The position numbers were made by a program, and so were the translations under genes. From Cyanidioschyzon merolae (Eukaryota): a DNA stretch of 64,000 nt. The stretch lies in assembly GCA_000091205.1 (NCBI GenBank), contig AP006488.2. The stretch is one strand, 5' to 3'. The notes below the pieces were generated by a model. It searched no databases, was not told where the DNA came from, and was given only the letters and a program-made list of their open reading frames with translations. Within the stretch, counting starts at the first letter, position 1; every line of letters starts with the position of its first letter. Below are positions 1 to 12,645 of this stretch, piece after piece.

Positions 1-3000
1 GGGCGATGGGATGATCAAAAATGAAGTGCGGTAATCCAAATGGCGCTAGACTCAGTACACTGAGGATCAACGATGACGCATTGCCCAGAGACAGCTGCTC
101 GCGTTTTTGCTTTCGCAACGCCGCTTGCCAGCACCGAAGTACATCTCGAGGCGGCAGAGCACCGGAGGAAATGGGGCTGTTCCAAGCAAGCGCGTTATGA
201 GACTCGGAGGAAGGGTCGTCTTCCCTCAAATTTAAGTACTGCACAGCGTCATGAACACTTAGAAAGCGAAGAAACGGTGTCGGCGTTGCCCTCGAGTCTT
301 CCGACCCTGCCTTCGAGAGATTCGTTTGTTTATCGGTTTCCGTCAAGGAGACACCAAAGATTCGCGGTGCAGCCTGAACTGCAAGCTCAGCAATAGAAAC
401 ACTGCCCAATGAACGCGCATCGACAAGCTCATTTCTCTGAAACAGCTCGGCGAAAAGCCTCTCAAGCAGAGTTTCCACGCCTGGCGTTGCAGCGACCAGA
501 ACCAAGGGCGCTGTGCGGAGCTTGAGAAAGCTCTGCAGAGATTCGGACAACATTAGGTGCTCGAATTTCAAGAAATAATTCACTTCATGAAGGAGCACAA
601 CAACGTATTCTATAGCTTTGCTAGGAACAGTTTGACTATGTTTGGTTAACGGCACCGGTGGCGCTTGAATCCCATGGATTAAAGTGGTATATGGCCGCTA
701 CACCCATCTCCGACTTTAATGGGACACTGCAGAGTTCGTTTTGTTCCTGCCTTTTGGTTTTGCTCAGAATATTTTTAGAAGAGCAGCCTCTAAATTCCAA
801 ATGCAGCAATGTAGGTGTAGAGGTTTATGCGAATGTATTAAGATTCTTTGTGGTCTTTTCGGAATGGCTTCTTCAACATATTTGCGGTGGATTTCGTTGC
901 GCTACAGGGAACAAGATGATTTGGGACGCACTCGAATAGGAGTTTCCAGAATAATAGATATCCCTGTTCAAAACATAAGCATAAGTCTCTAGTTTCTCTG
1001 ATCCGTAAGCGTAGGACGCTCAAATCACGCATTCTTCAAGTTTTCGATCATTCTGTCCCTATGACAACTCGCGGGCGCTGCAAATGTGAACGCTGAATTT
1101 ATGAGGAAACAGAGACTCGACGACGCCCCATGAGAAGTTGTTCGCAAATTCGTGCCGAACCTTCACTGCATTTGTTATGTCAATAATCCATTTCAAATGA
1201 AAGACGAAATCTTACGCCCTTTTTGGCCCTTAACGCCACGGAATTCGACGGCAACATGACAACAATCACAGGATGTGCTTCCAGAGGCTACCGTCCCTTC
1301 TGTTTGAATAAAAAAGCGCCATTGACTCGGACTTGGGTCATCGCGGCAATCGTTTTCAGTGGAGATAGCGACAGCGTTTGCATGAAGGAAACGTATACAG
1401 ATAGATATTTTTCGACTTATCTGCGCTCTATTTTCATTCCGGTTTTCGTTTCATTTAGGGTGACGTCGCGCTCCTAGAATACTTTTCCGAGTGTGAAATC
1501 GCGCGTTTGCGTCTGCGGCCAAGAGAGTTCCTGCGGAGAGCATCGCCCAGAAGAAGCGCGTGCTCGTAAAGTACGCTATCGGGCCTGGAAACAGAGGGAG
1601 CGTTGAGGCAATCCTCATGCACCCCTCAAGAGCAAATACGGAACAATGAAGCCAGCCTTGATGCTCTGCGGGGCGGTGCTCTGACGAAAGCTGTGGTGAA
1701 TCTGTGGGATAACCTCACCGCAGACATCAATCATCGCTGCGAAAGGCGCATCGAGGGTGTGTTCGCGGAATATGAACAAGGCCAGCGAAGCAGAGATCGC
1801 CATTCCCGCTTGTGCGTGAAGCGCATCGGCGAAAGCCGCTAGCTTCGAAATCGGTAATTAAACGCTGCTATCAACATCCTTCGACTACGGACATTAGATG
1901 TGGAAAGACGGAAAAAGCCAAAGTATTCAGAGCAAGAGTTCTGTGTTGAATAAAACCAAAAAGCGTTCTACGAGCAAAGAATTCAAATAAACACCCTGTC
2001 GCAGACGCCTCCAAGCCCTTTTTCCATCGGCCGCCTGCTATAAGTTCCAGTTTTTTCCCAAGCGCACCTCGAGCCTGAGAGGTTGCCCCTTGAAGCGGGA
2101 TCGCGTCAGCTCTGCGGGTCTCGTCTTCAGCACCGAAAATCATCTGATATTGACGCGGCGCTGATGTCTCGGTTCACGAACTCCTCGCGTTTATTGCCGT
2201 TGATGAAACGAGCCAATGCAAAGATTGCGCATATTCGTGCCTTCTGTCCGAAAACAGTCTCGTCATCATTCCGTCAGGCAAGCACCTTCTTTCGTCTATC
2301 TCTTCTCCTCTTATTTGCCTCGTCACTTGCCCTGCTTCGCTCGATGATCAGCGACGGAAGCACTGTTTTCGTTTTTTGTCGAATCCGGGAAGGAGGGGAC
2401 TCCAGAATTCTCGACCTCACTGTCCATACCTCCCACCTGGCTTTATAATTCTCAAAGTGAGCACTTTGAAGGCCCATGCTTTAAACCGCGAAAAAGCATT
2501 TTTTTCAACACACATTGGGGCGGGGCACGATTGAGGTCAAAGTCTTTAAGAGGTAGCTCCGAGTTCGCAAAGGGGGAACTCGGTGGATTCTTTGCCAAGC
2601 GATGCACAGTGCTCTGTGGTCGGAGCACGATGCCTTGCTGCTAGCAAAATTTCCGGCCACAGCAAAACCAAGATCATTTCAGCTCCTCTCCGAACACTTT
2701 TGCACTCTCAAAAGATCACCGATTCTTTCAATCTTTGTAACAGGTGAGAATCTATTACGAAATTAAATATTACTAATAGGGTAAAAGATATTCTGGAAGC
2801 TCGGCCCACACGTCTAATCACATCGATCGCTCATTGTGTCACAATCGAGTTGTCCTAGCGAAGCTAATGAGGGATATTCGAGAATGTCTCACGCTGAAAC
2901 ATCTTCGAGTTCAAGTTCTTCAGGAGCCGAGGGCATTCGGCATTCAACAAAAGCGGTTCTGAGCGAAGAATATATTTAAGTTGCTTTTCAACGTGCGACG

Positions 3001-4385
3001 GGGGCTATGCTCGAACAAAAATCGGACTCGTCTAGACTGTACGAAACTCGCCAAGGGTATGCGTTATCTATCGAGTCTTTCGTTTCTCGGGCATCTTCTA
3101 GTGGCGGATACATCGCGAAACTGCATCTATCTGGAGCATGTAGCAATATCCTCACTTTTCAAGCAAACAAAACTGGCTATTGTCTCATTTCCTATATTCT
3201 GAACTGGCTGAGCTCGCTCGTGAGTTGCAGTTAGACATGAACTGATTTCCGTAAAGCTGTTGCGCCATGAGTACAAGCGTCATAGGACGCGACGCGAAGC
3301 GGAATAGAGCTTTTACTCCTGTAGAGCTCTGCGTCGTCATGAAAGGAGTTTCGAGAAGCTTTCGATGACGAAAATCTCGAAACGACTTCCCGGAAGTGCT
3401 CTTTCGCGTCCGCCCGAAGTAGTGTGATTAAGCACGTGGCCGTTCTGTGAGTTATTTGGAACGTCGGACTCTTCGAACAAGTTTGCTAGCCAGTCTGCAC
3501 CAACAGATACGCTTAAATATATATTTCGCTGAAGAAGTGCACCTAAGCGTTTTGCTAGCCTGCGAGAAGCATCACTGCACAGGGAGTAGTCCAGCTGAGG
3601 CAGAAGCAGCGTGGGTTCTATTATAGTATTCGCGTTTCTTCTGTCACCTGAGAATAGTTGCAACGCTGTCGAACTCAAAGCAAGCCTGGAAGCTTCTCCG
3701 GAACGAATGTCTCTTCCAAGCCAAAGCCACAAAGTTTCTGGTCCGATACTCACTGACTGAAAGCAGAAGACGGAACCTTCGAACTCCTCCGTTGTGAACC
3801 TAACGTCCATACTTCTAAACAGAAAGGTATCGATTTCTGTTTTTGTTATGGCCTGCTACACGCCAAACAGATAACGCGCAATCCTCACGTTAACGCTAGA
3901 AAGACTAAATTTCAAATCCATTCAATATGAATGGCTTGAAGCATCCAACATAGAGCTTACCGAGTTGCGCGTCAAATAGTCCTTCTTTGTACCAAGCTGA
4001 TTGAGATGTTGGACAAGAGCCTAGTACTAATATAGCCAAAGACTCGATATTTCCAGATATCATAGTGAGGCAAGTTATATTGGTTGCGCAATTTCCGACA
4101 TTGTTTACGGATATGATAAAATAGACCGAGATGAATCGCTTCATGTGGTCAAAAATTAGAAAGCTCGCTGGATTTTAATCTGCAGACGGCAAGGCATTTT
4201 GATGCGGATCTTCGAATTTCCTCGAGTGCGCTGCCGACAAATTGTGGGCGCTGCTAATGGGATTTCTGATCGAACTTAGCGTTACAGGTTCCCCAGAGGA
4301 ATACGAAAAAGTCATTGAAACCTTTACAATTTTTCCTATGGATCGCCGACGCAGGTCCGGCGGAGCTCCGGAAAAAGTCTTTTAT

Positions 4386-5609
4386 TTACAGTGGATTCTT
4401 TTCAACGAGCTCGGCCGGGAGACTACGGATTCGAATCTTCAAGAACTGTTCGATTTGCTGTAATTGAAGTTTGTTTTCCTTGGTGATAATAGTGATTCCA
4501 ATGCCCCTTCGGCCAAATCTTCCACACCTTCCGACTCGGTGCACATAGATGCTCGGTTTCAACGGCACATCGAAGTTGATGACGAGTACAACCCCAGGAA
4601 TATCCAAGCCCCTGCTTGCAACATCAGTTGCCACGAGAACGTTCGTCGTTCCCGAACGAAACTTATCAATCGCTGCGACCCGCTTGTCCTGAGGCTTTCC
4701 CCCATGAATGCCCTGAACTTCAAAGCCACGGAGTGAGATTTTCTTCTCTAACCAATCTGCTTTCTTCGACTCGTTCGTGAATATTATGCACTGAGATCTG
4801 ACCAGGTATCGTGAAAAAATATCGAAGACTGCACTGAGCTTCCATTTTTCTTCAGGAACTTCAACACGATAGTGCTGAATGCCAGCGTGCCAGTATGCTT
4901 CCGTGCTGCCTGTTGTAATGAAGTGCATGTCCCTTCGAAGGAAATCATGCAGACTCTCCATACCTGACATTGATGCAGTTGCAGATACGACAACGACTTG
5001 ACAAGTTTCTGGCATTATTCTGCAAATACGGGACACTTGTTTCTCAAGGCCAGCCGAAAGCATCTCGTCAATTTCATCTATGACCAGCAAGCGCACCGTG
5101 TTAGCACTCATCGTTCCTGTATTTGAGAACTGTTGCAGAATTTTCCCAGGTGTGCCGCTCCATACGTGCGCGGCTCCTTTGACCTGGACTGCACCATGGC
5201 ATACCGAGCAACGCAGGCACACGTATTTAGAACCAATACGCTCGATCAAAACTGCTGTTTGCTGCGCAAGCTCTTTAGTCGGTGAAAGCAGAACAGCTTG
5301 GAGGCAGTTTTCTGCTGGGTTCACAACGTGGTTTACTGCTATGGCCAGCAGTGTGGTTTTCCCGCTTCCGCTGTGATCCTGCAATATAATATTCTCTTCT
5401 TTTATGATAAAAGGAAGGGCTTTGGCCTGGATTCCTGAAGGAATAAAAAAGGAGCACCGTAGTAGGCCACACTGAACTGCTGGTTTTAAGCCGAAATCAA
5501 GAAAAGATTGCTGCATGTCAGCAGACTGCGGAGGCAAATCGTCCCGCCACCACCTCTCCACAAATATGAGCACGCTTTCGCTTCTGGCAGAGGCAGCCCC
5601 AGGTTTCAC
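4386..5609 (-). CDS. ATP-dependent DEAD-box RNA helicase, eIF4A-like. The true start is probably the Met at about 5519; the ORF-track N-terminal extension (5520-5609) lies inside repeat R1 copy A.
   Basis: Read from the ORF translation: a Walker A-like DHSGSGKT, SPTKELA (motif Ia), VIDEIDEM (DEAD-box position, DEID variant), SAT motif (VVVSATAS) and motif VI HRVGRCGRFGRRG. Length of about 380 aa fits eIF4A. Confidence 0.8.
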   Translation of the reverse strand: MKPGAASARSESVLIFVERWWRDDLPPQSADMQQSFLDFGLKPAVQCGLLRCSFFIPSGIQAKALPFIIKEENIILQDHSGSGKTTLLAIAVNHVVNPAENCLQAVLLSPTKELAQQTAVLIERIGSKYVCLRCSVCHGAVQVKGAAHVWSGTPGKILQQFSNTGTMSANTVRLLVIDEIDEMLSAGLEKQVSRICRIMPETCQVVVVSATASMSGMESLHDFLRRDMHFITTGSTEAYWHAGIQHYRVEVPEEKWKLSAVFDIFSRYLVRSQCIIFTNESKKADWLEKKISLRGFEVQGIHGGKPQDKRVAAIDKFRSGTTNVLVATDVASRGLDIPGVVLVINFDVPLKPSIYVHRVGRCGRFGRRGIGITIITKENKLQLQQIEQFLKIRIRSLPAELVEKNPL

Positions 5610-7660
5610 ACACTACTCAAGCTCCGGCGTTGTCCGAAACACACTATCCTACACACTGCTCCCCAGCAGCAGGCGCGGAGACTGATGATCGTCTGGTCGG
5701 CCGCACGGCGCGCGGTGCCATGCACTGGAATCGGTAGGCAGCAGGTACCACAGCCTGCAGCGTATACGATTAGAAACGGCTATACTGAGCTATGGAAAAC
5801 GAGGTCTATGTTTTGTTGCAGCGAACCTCAGCCATAAATTGAGTATTCCCCATGAAAACCAGGAACGACCGTTCCAGGCAGAGCTTGCAGACGTTTGTTG
5901 TTTCGACGGTAGGTTTACCACGACGCGCATAAAAGTATTCCGCTCAGGTGCGGGCCACAAACACAGCCTCGAGCACAGTGCTCCTGCGAGCCGCGAGCGC
6001 CTTGATAACGTGTTGAGTAACGGGAGCAACGCGAACACAGCGGCGATGTGAACAGAACGTGCAGTCCTGCGGCCTGTCGCGCGCGAGATAGCGCTGTAAG
6101 AGTCGCGGTGTCGGGCTTTTTCGCGGACGCTCGCGTGAGGCCGAGTCTCGTGCAGCGCCCAGCGACAGACCACGTGCACTCGTGCACTCGACTGCGCGCT
6201 GCTGCCTGCATGTGCAGCACCAGCTCGGATACCAGCGTCAATGCCAGAGCTATCGAAACGCCAGGCTAGGATGGGCCAGTGAAGCGCTCGCTCTGTGCCT
6301 GCCTTTTGAACATTTCCCCGACTTTTCCTCGATACACGGCCTCGACATTCAATGTGCGGCTCTAACTGCTACTCGACTCAATGTTAGAGTTAGAATCCTC
6401 GGTCGTGTGTTCAGGGCGGCTCGTTTGACTCCTTTCTCCTGGCATTCGTGGCGCCAACGGAATCAAGATGACTCGGGGCGCCGTCGAACACGCGTTGGTG
6501 GCATATCCGAAAATATGGTTTTCCGGTTCGAGCGCCCAAGCGTCCACGCTTGTCCTTGCCTAAAATGTAGCCTGCCCGGATCACGCATGCTTCGCGTACT
6601 CAATGGACCTGCTTGGAGGCCACCCGTGGGCACTGCAATTTGTGCAGATGGATTTGCGAGGCGGACAACTCGACGTCGTGCCCTGGCGACATGCTCGCAG
6701 GCTCATGCCGGGCGTTCACTTTACTTGACACGCCGAATGGTGGATTCGGTTCGAGAGACCGATCGTGCGCTGCTTGCGGCCGTCGACGACTCGGCATTCG
6801 ACAGCAGCATGGTACCACTCAGGGCTGGTACGCTCGCAGATGTTCCTGTCTCCCCTGTTCGGACTGCAACGAGACATGCACCGGGCCTCGAGGCACCGCA
6901 TGGATCGCTCTCAGCAGAGCGTGCGTCACTGCTGAGCACGAAGCGAGTGCAGAGGGGTCGACACTTCTGGATCGACAGTTCTTGATCGAGCTCGTCTGTA
7001 CTGATATCCCAGAACTTGCATCGTCATCGACAACATTGCGTTCCGCAAATGCTTTGTCGAACGGAGCAACGAACGCATTCGTATGCAGCGGTTAGCGTAC
7101 TCGCCGAGTGATCGCCAAGAAGAAGCGGATCATCATCGCAGGGTCCGGCATCTGAAGCTGAGCCCGAGGGGGGCATTGACGGGTGTCGTCTGTAGCCATA
7201 GAAGGCATGCACTGAGCGACGGAGCTGGTGTCCTCGTCCCCCAGAGCAGCCCACGGAGGGGCAGGCGCAGTGGACACACAGGAATCGCGGATCACGGTGA
7301 TGGGTCCGCGCTGCAAAGCGCTTACCTGGGCTGTTTATAGAAGAGGTGCACGAATCGAGTGCGGCATGGACCCGAACTGCTGCCTGATGATGAAATGCGT
7401 TCGCGAGAGCGGGAAGCAGTAGAATCGGGGCTTGCGCGTTGCTATCAGCAGACCTCGACTGCTGAGACTGAACCATGAGGCACCGGAGAGACCTGCTCAT
7501 TTCAGGCGGGGGATGAGATAGAGAGCGATGAAAAGGTATCGGTTGCTGGAAAGCCCGGAGAGACTTGTAATGATGACAGTGGGAACTGACCGATTGTTTA
7601 TGGTGCACACCTGCTTTAGCGAAGTGGGACGCGTTCCACTTGAGTCTGACATGGGTATAG
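5535..7660 (+). repeat. R1 repeat copy A. GC-rich, about 2.1 kb, non-coding dispersed repeat; probably a non-autonomous mobile element.
   Basis: Near-identical to 22999-25095 and 27719-29105; the ORF track shows the same ORFs in all copies. Every frame on both strands is open (a GC-rich artefact), and no conserved protein domain was recognised. Confidence 0.85.
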
Positions 7661-8914
7661 CTGCAAACCCATGAACGATTCAAGCTTTTGCCCGATCGAC
7701 GCACAAATGCCAGTATTTTAGACCTCATCGGTCAAGTGGCTTGCCTTACCTGTGGGGAGATACCCAGGGGAACGCGACGCGGATACACTCGCAGGTGCTC
7801 AGACAGCCGGTATTCTAGCGTCAATTCGAGTTCCCGGAATCGCTACGAGCTTTGGGGGTTGTAATTTTCTTCCAGCGTCGCTTATGACTGTTCGATTTGT
7901 ACCATCTCCAGGCATCGCTGCGGAGGGAGCATAAAATGCAGCCAAACGAGTTGCAAGATGTGCGAAACTGGCGGGCTTCGTTCCTGGCGTTGGCGCCTGA
8001 TGGTGCTAACGCACTCCCGTCAGAGATGCCCGAGCATATTCTTAATTTTGTCTTTTTCGGCTCTATTCGCCGCTCAAAACTGGATCGCGCGTTTGGAGGA
8101 AGTCACCGCATCGGTTGTACCATTGCCATGAAGGTTGCGACAGCGGTTTAGGGAGCACTTTCCACGGCTCGTGGCGGTGCAGTTGCTACCCAAGCTCCCG
8201 GGACTGTTTCATTGAAAACTGTTATCTGCGCTGAAGGCGCTGTTGCTTTGAAATGGGAGGACTTCCGCTGCAGTTACAGCCGCTTCGGTTTTGGTGTACA
8301 ACGAAGACGTAGGCAAAACCACCTCGCTGAAACTTGCTGTGGCAGCGAACCCTGCGAGCTAAGCATAAACGAAAGCTGTTTTGAAAATACGTCGCCGCGT
8401 CTTGTCTAAGACGCAGGGGATAGGCGGATGTCCGAGGGACGTATTCGAAGGACTTGCACGTTCACGAATGAGTGCATAGTATCGAATAATTGTGTCTTTG
8501 TAACCAGTATTATGAGTAATCTTCCGCCTGACCGTCAAACGTATCCAAAACAAACGAGGCGGATCCTCAGGTATAATACGTATCTTCGAAAGCGTATTAG
8601 AAGTCTTAACGCAGTAACAAGCCTTAACCGGTGCGCTGGTGAATTACTACAGAGTTTTCGTACCTTACCGGCTTTCTTACTATTTGAATAGATCCATAGT
8701 GGCCGCCTTTCGTTTCTTTGTCATATGGCGGCTTTCTCGCACACTGCGTGCATTCTCTCTGGAACCAATTAAAAATGGCGCCTTCGCTTGACCGCACGCG
8801 ACTGTTTTGGACCACTCGAAGTAAGAAGAAATCTCCACAAGTCCCAGAGCAGAGATTCTGCCAATGAATTGCCGATTCGTATGCCATAATCTCCACCTGC
8901 AGCGTTCCGTAACT

Positions 8915-10768
8915 TCATCTGTTGTCGCGTCCAGGCATGGCGCCTCCGTTTCCAAATAGTACGTGCCAAGCTTCCTCAGCGTCGCCGGAGACAAGATCGA
9001 CGATTGCAAACTCGGTCGGACTGGTACGATTGCAAAATTTTCCAGGGCATACGATGCAACATCCATGCGCCTCGCAAGCGAAATTGCTTTCAGATCCACC
9101 AATAACTAAAAGATCAGGACGCATTGGTTTCAGTTCTTGAACAAGACTATAATCTATAGGAATCTTCGAGCCAGAGGGATCATATGGGAATAAGGTGTCC
9201 TGCCGTATGATTTCTGCGCTGCATTCTTCCATACGTGGAATCTTGCTCCCTCCACAGAGGCACGAAAGGCGCATTTCATCCAGAATAGGCAAGTTCATGA
9301 TAGCGACTCTCATAGAGTCTCGTCGGTCGAGTTCGATGCGGAACGAAGTCGGGTTACCAATTTTGACTATCGGATCCGCAGAAAATTCGTATGGTTTTTG
9401 AGGAAAGACCGGTAAATGATGCATCAAGTCATCAATCGCTGGAGAGATCAGGAAGGTAGTTGACCGCATTTCTCGTGCAATATTTTGCAGCGCTTGGAGC
9501 ACCCTTTCTCCTTGCACGAATTTGTCCACAAGATTCAGTGTTGCGTCGCCCGCATCTGGATTCTCCTCAACAAGTGGGCCCATTATGCATACTGCATCAG
9601 GTTCCAGTTCCGCAACCTTTTTCTTCAAGAAATCGAATATGTCCCAGTCCGGGTCTTCAGGTTGAATATAGGGGCCTACCATGAGGAGAATCCTCCATTT
9701 CGGTCGTAAGCTGCTTGGTTTCATAGATACTACCCGCTTTCTCTGTCGAGGCACCTCTTCCGTTACAAACATATCATCTACAATTTGATGGACCTCAAAG
9801 ATATGCCCGGGTAGATCGAGGCCAACGAAACCGGCGACTTTGCCTGGATATAGCAAGTATGTATGCAGCTTTGACAGTTCAAGCTGCACCATCACACCTT
9901 CGTCGTCTTCAAGAAACACCTCTCGGTTACGTTCATGCCCTTGAATCGAAAACAACACTTGTCCGACAATGAAACGCCCATCAACAGGTTCTCCCGATGT
10001 TTCCATAAGACTCTCAATGCGTCCGGAACTTTGGAGGGCGTCAAAGGCGTCATGAATTCGCTTTCGTTGTGATTCCTTTCTTTTCTCTAGACAATCGAAC
10101 ATCAGCTTTTCAGGCCACACCTCAAGATCAAGCCCCGGCGGCGGACGAGTGATACGGAAGGATGGTCGCAGGTTTGCGCGAGAGGAATTTACGACAACCC
10201 CATCAACGCCATGCGAAGAAAGATCAACAAAAGGGTCCCGATGTGGAAACAGATCTAGAAACTCCTCCTGGGACTGCGTGCTTTCGGGCATGAATCCATG
10301 TTTTGGATGGGAACTCTCCGTCAGTGTGTCGCTCGAAAGATACGGATTTTCAGGTGAAACTGGGGCAGTTTGACGCTGCACCTCTGGGAGCGAGTGCTCC
10401 TCCGGCTTATCGACTGGCAGCGGTGCTCTCCGGCGAACCGCCTCCGCGATAAGTTCAGTAGACTCGGAAACTCTTGCCCGAGAGCACTTGCTCTTTTTGG
10501 CAGAGGCAGCGAGTTTCGAAGTGAACTCTTCAACTGTGTCCTCAGAAAGCTCCTTCCTCGTGTTCAAAAGGTACAGTTCGAGCTTCGCCGCAGTCGCTTC
10601 CAGGTCGATTCCGAGCTCTGAGCAGGTGCTCGCGAGCCTCGAGAGTGCAGCCCTAGCGCTCGAGACCGAGGCGTTCGCTAAGGAAGGATACCTTCTGAGC
10701 AGAAACTCCACAGCAACCGAAGTAGCCATGAGGTGAAAACAAGCCGAAAGTTTCGCACTTCTTGACAC
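8915..10768 (-). CDS. DNA polymerase alpha subunit B (Pol alpha/epsilon B-subunit family, POLA2-like)
   Basis: The C-terminal calcineurin-like phosphoesterase region matches the POLA2 pattern (LMVGPY..., IDYSLV...PDLLVIGGSESNFACEAHGCCIVCPGKF, compare human IDYESFY...PDVLIIPSELRYF...GCVCVNPGRL). Length of 617 aa fits. Confidence 0.6.
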   Translation of the reverse strand: MSRSAKLSACFHLMATSVAVEFLLRRYPSLANASVSSARAALSRLASTCSELGIDLEATAAKLELYLLNTRKELSEDTVEEFTSKLAASAKKSKCSRARVSESTELIAEAVRRRAPLPVDKPEEHSLPEVQRQTAPVSPENPYLSSDTLTESSHPKHGFMPESTQSQEEFLDLFPHRDPFVDLSSHGVDGVVVNSSRANLRPSFRITRPPPGLDLEVWPEKLMFDCLEKRKESQRKRIHDAFDALQSSGRIESLMETSGEPVDGRFIVGQVLFSIQGHERNREVFLEDDEGVMVQLELSKLHTYLLYPGKVAGFVGLDLPGHIFEVHQIVDDMFVTEEVPRQRKRVVSMKPSSLRPKWRILLMVGPYIQPEDPDWDIFDFLKKKVAELEPDAVCIMGPLVEENPDAGDATLNLVDKFVQGERVLQALQNIAREMRSTTFLISPAIDDLMHHLPVFPQKPYEFSADPIVKIGNPTSFRIELDRRDSMRVAIMNLPILDEMRLSCLCGGSKIPRMEECSAEIIRQDTLFPYDPSGSKIPIDYSLVQELKPMRPDLLVIGGSESNFACEAHGCCIVCPGKFCNRTSPTEFAIVDLVSGDAEEAWHVLFGNGGAMPGRDNR

Positions 10769-11193
10769 GCCTCATCCAATATCTTTCGCGCCATTATTGA
10801 TTTCGAGATCCAGTTTACGCGCAAAGAGTGCATGCGATCGATGGACGATTCCACGAGACTTGAAGCAATCTGCTTCAAACAATTTTTGCTGATCGAAAAT
10901 GTTTAGCCACTTTCGACCCCTGCATTCCACTGCTCACACTTTGAGACTCCACACATGCAGCACTATCCCGCATCCAAGAAATGAGTGTATAAATTACTCC
11001 GCGACTTTTACGCAATCTCCAGTATCCATTGGTTTTGCAAGATGGCTGCGAGCAACAAAAGCAAAATCAATGGGGCGTTCTGGGGCAGATGCTCGGGAAC
11101 TGACTGCTCCGAGTACAACCGCCACAGCATTTATTCGCAGCGAGGAAAGCCATTATTGTGGTGGGAGATACCTCGTTCTCTACCGTTTAGAAT

Positions 11194-12645
11194 TCAGGGA
11201 ATGCTGGTTAGGCGAACGAGAGCACGCACGAACGAGTGCACATCGCTAAAGGAGTTGTACAGAGGAACCGGGGCAACGCGCAAAATATTCGGTTCACGTG
11301 CATCGCAGATGAATCCCTCGTTCGCGAGCCTTTCGCACAGCTCCTTGGCAGTGGCGGAGCAGTTCAACTTGAGGGAAAGTTGGCACCCACGGCTGTTTGG
11401 GTCCTGAGGTGTGATGATCAAAACTTTTTCTTTCACTAGTTGCTCCAACAAAAGCTCCAAATATCCTGTAAGCAGCACGGACTTTTGGCGAATTGCTTGC
11501 ATTCCACCGGCCATCCGAAAAATCTCCAACGAGGCCACAACAGGGGCAAGTGCGAGGATCGGTGGATTACTCAACTGAAAGCTCTTCGCGCCGCTCGGCA
11601 GTGAGAGTGCACGCGGCGTTTCAAAGCGACACGAGCGCTCGAGGCCCCACCATCCGCACAAGCGAGGCAATCGCTCTAAATCCGTGGCACAGGTATGCTT
11701 TTCGTTCACGAAGCATCCGGCTACCGCACCGGGTCCACCATTCATGTACTTGTAGCAACACCAGCAGGCAAAGTCTGGCGCCCACTCATGCAATTTCAGG
11801 ACGACGTTCCCGACTGCATGGGCCAGATCAAATCCAATCTTTATATCTTTTGATGTCTTTCGCACGATGTTCACAAGCTCCTCCATCGGTAGCAGCTGAC
11901 CGGTCAAGTACTGCACGCCAGGGAGCAAGACCAGAGCAATTTCATCTGAATATTCGTTCAAAACAGACTCGAGTTGATTCAAATCGATAAGCCCGGCGTC
12001 CTCAGAGCCCGCTCCTACCTCTAGTATTGCCGTTGCCGGATCATAACCGTGGTAGGCGACCTGTGACAGCACAACACATCGATCTGATGGAAAAGAATGC
12101 TTCTCGATGAGGATGCGATGACGCTTAGCCGTTGGGCGATAGAAAGCAATCATCATTAGATGAAGGTTAACTGTTAGCGAGTTCATGTACACAACCTCAT
12201 GAGGTAGCGCGCCAACGATCTCCGCACCGCCTACATTTAGTGGCCTCTCGTCGAAAGTGTACCATGGGTCCGGCCCTTCGAAGTGTCCCCGAACGCCCAG
12301 ACGGGCCCACAGCTCAAGGTGTTCAGAAACAAGTCTATAAGCACGCTTGGGTAAAAGGCCTAAAGAGTGACCACAGAGGTAAACGGCCGCTTTTTCGTCG
12401 TGCTGATCGCAGATTCCGCCACGTAGGTGGTTCTTTGGTGCATCACTTGCCAATTCTAAAGAAGGACAACTTGAAGAAAGTGTACCTGTCGGTCCCCGGC
12501 CTGGACAGTAGAACTCCTGCCTGAAGACTGCGAGCACGTCGTTCTCGTCCAGACTCTCAGCGCCTTTTTCGTCCACTAGCTCTGCTACTGTCTTGCAGCT
12601 CTCCCGCGTTGCTGCGAAAAGCTGCTGCAAAACAGAGGCGTGCAT
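11194..12645 (-). CDS. Kynureninase (PLP-dependent class V aminotransferase fold)
   Basis: Conserved along the whole length with kynureninase: VYLCGHSLGLLP, GHFEG...PW, and the PLP-Lys region DFACWCCYKYMNGGPGAVAGCFVNEKH (compare [21 protein letters not shown].HEKH). 483 aa. Confidence 0.9.
   Translation of the reverse strand: MHASVLQQLFAATRESCKTVAELVDEKGAESLDENDVLAVFRQEFYCPGRGPTGTLSSSCPSLELASDAPKNHLRGGICDQHDEKAAVYLCGHSLGLLPKRAYRLVSEHLELWARLGVRGHFEGPDPWYTFDERPLNVGGAEIVGALPHEVVYMNSLTVNLHLMMIAFYRPTAKRHRILIEKHSFPSDRCVVLSQVAYHGYDPATAILEVGAGSEDAGLIDLNQLESVLNEYSDEIALVLLPGVQYLTGQLLPMEELVNIVRKTSKDIKIGFDLAHAVGNVVLKLHEWAPDFACWCCYKYMNGGPGAVAGCFVNEKHTCATDLERLPRLCGWWGLERSCRFETPRALSLPSGAKSFQLSNPPILALAPVVASLEIFRMAGGMQAIRQKSVLLTGYLELLLEQLVKEKVLIITPQDPNSRGCQLSLKLNCSATAKELCERLANEGFICDAREPNILRVAPVPLYNSFSDVHSFVRALVRLTSIP

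Noticed and set aside
3337-3810. 157-aa minus-strand ORF as a possible small conserved gene
   Set aside because: I recognised no family, and the surrounding region (1-4.2 kb) has several overlapping ORFs of similar size, so I cannot support a call from sequence alone.
4386-5609. N-terminal 30 aa of the helicase ORF (MKPGAASARSESVLIFVERWWRDDLPPQSAD)
   Set aside because: This stretch is encoded by the terminal 75 bp of R1 copy A. The conserved helicase sequence begins at the internal Met (MQQSFLDFG...), so the extension is probably an ORF-finder artefact.
5535-7660. Many overlapping ORFs of 60-270 aa on both strands inside R1 and R2 (for example 6182-6985, 7024-7728, 32829-33353, 40272-40754)
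   Set aside because: All six frames are open simultaneously, which is expected for about 60% GC sequence. The ORFs have no recognisable domains and overlap one another on both strands, so I treat them as non-coding repeat sequence.
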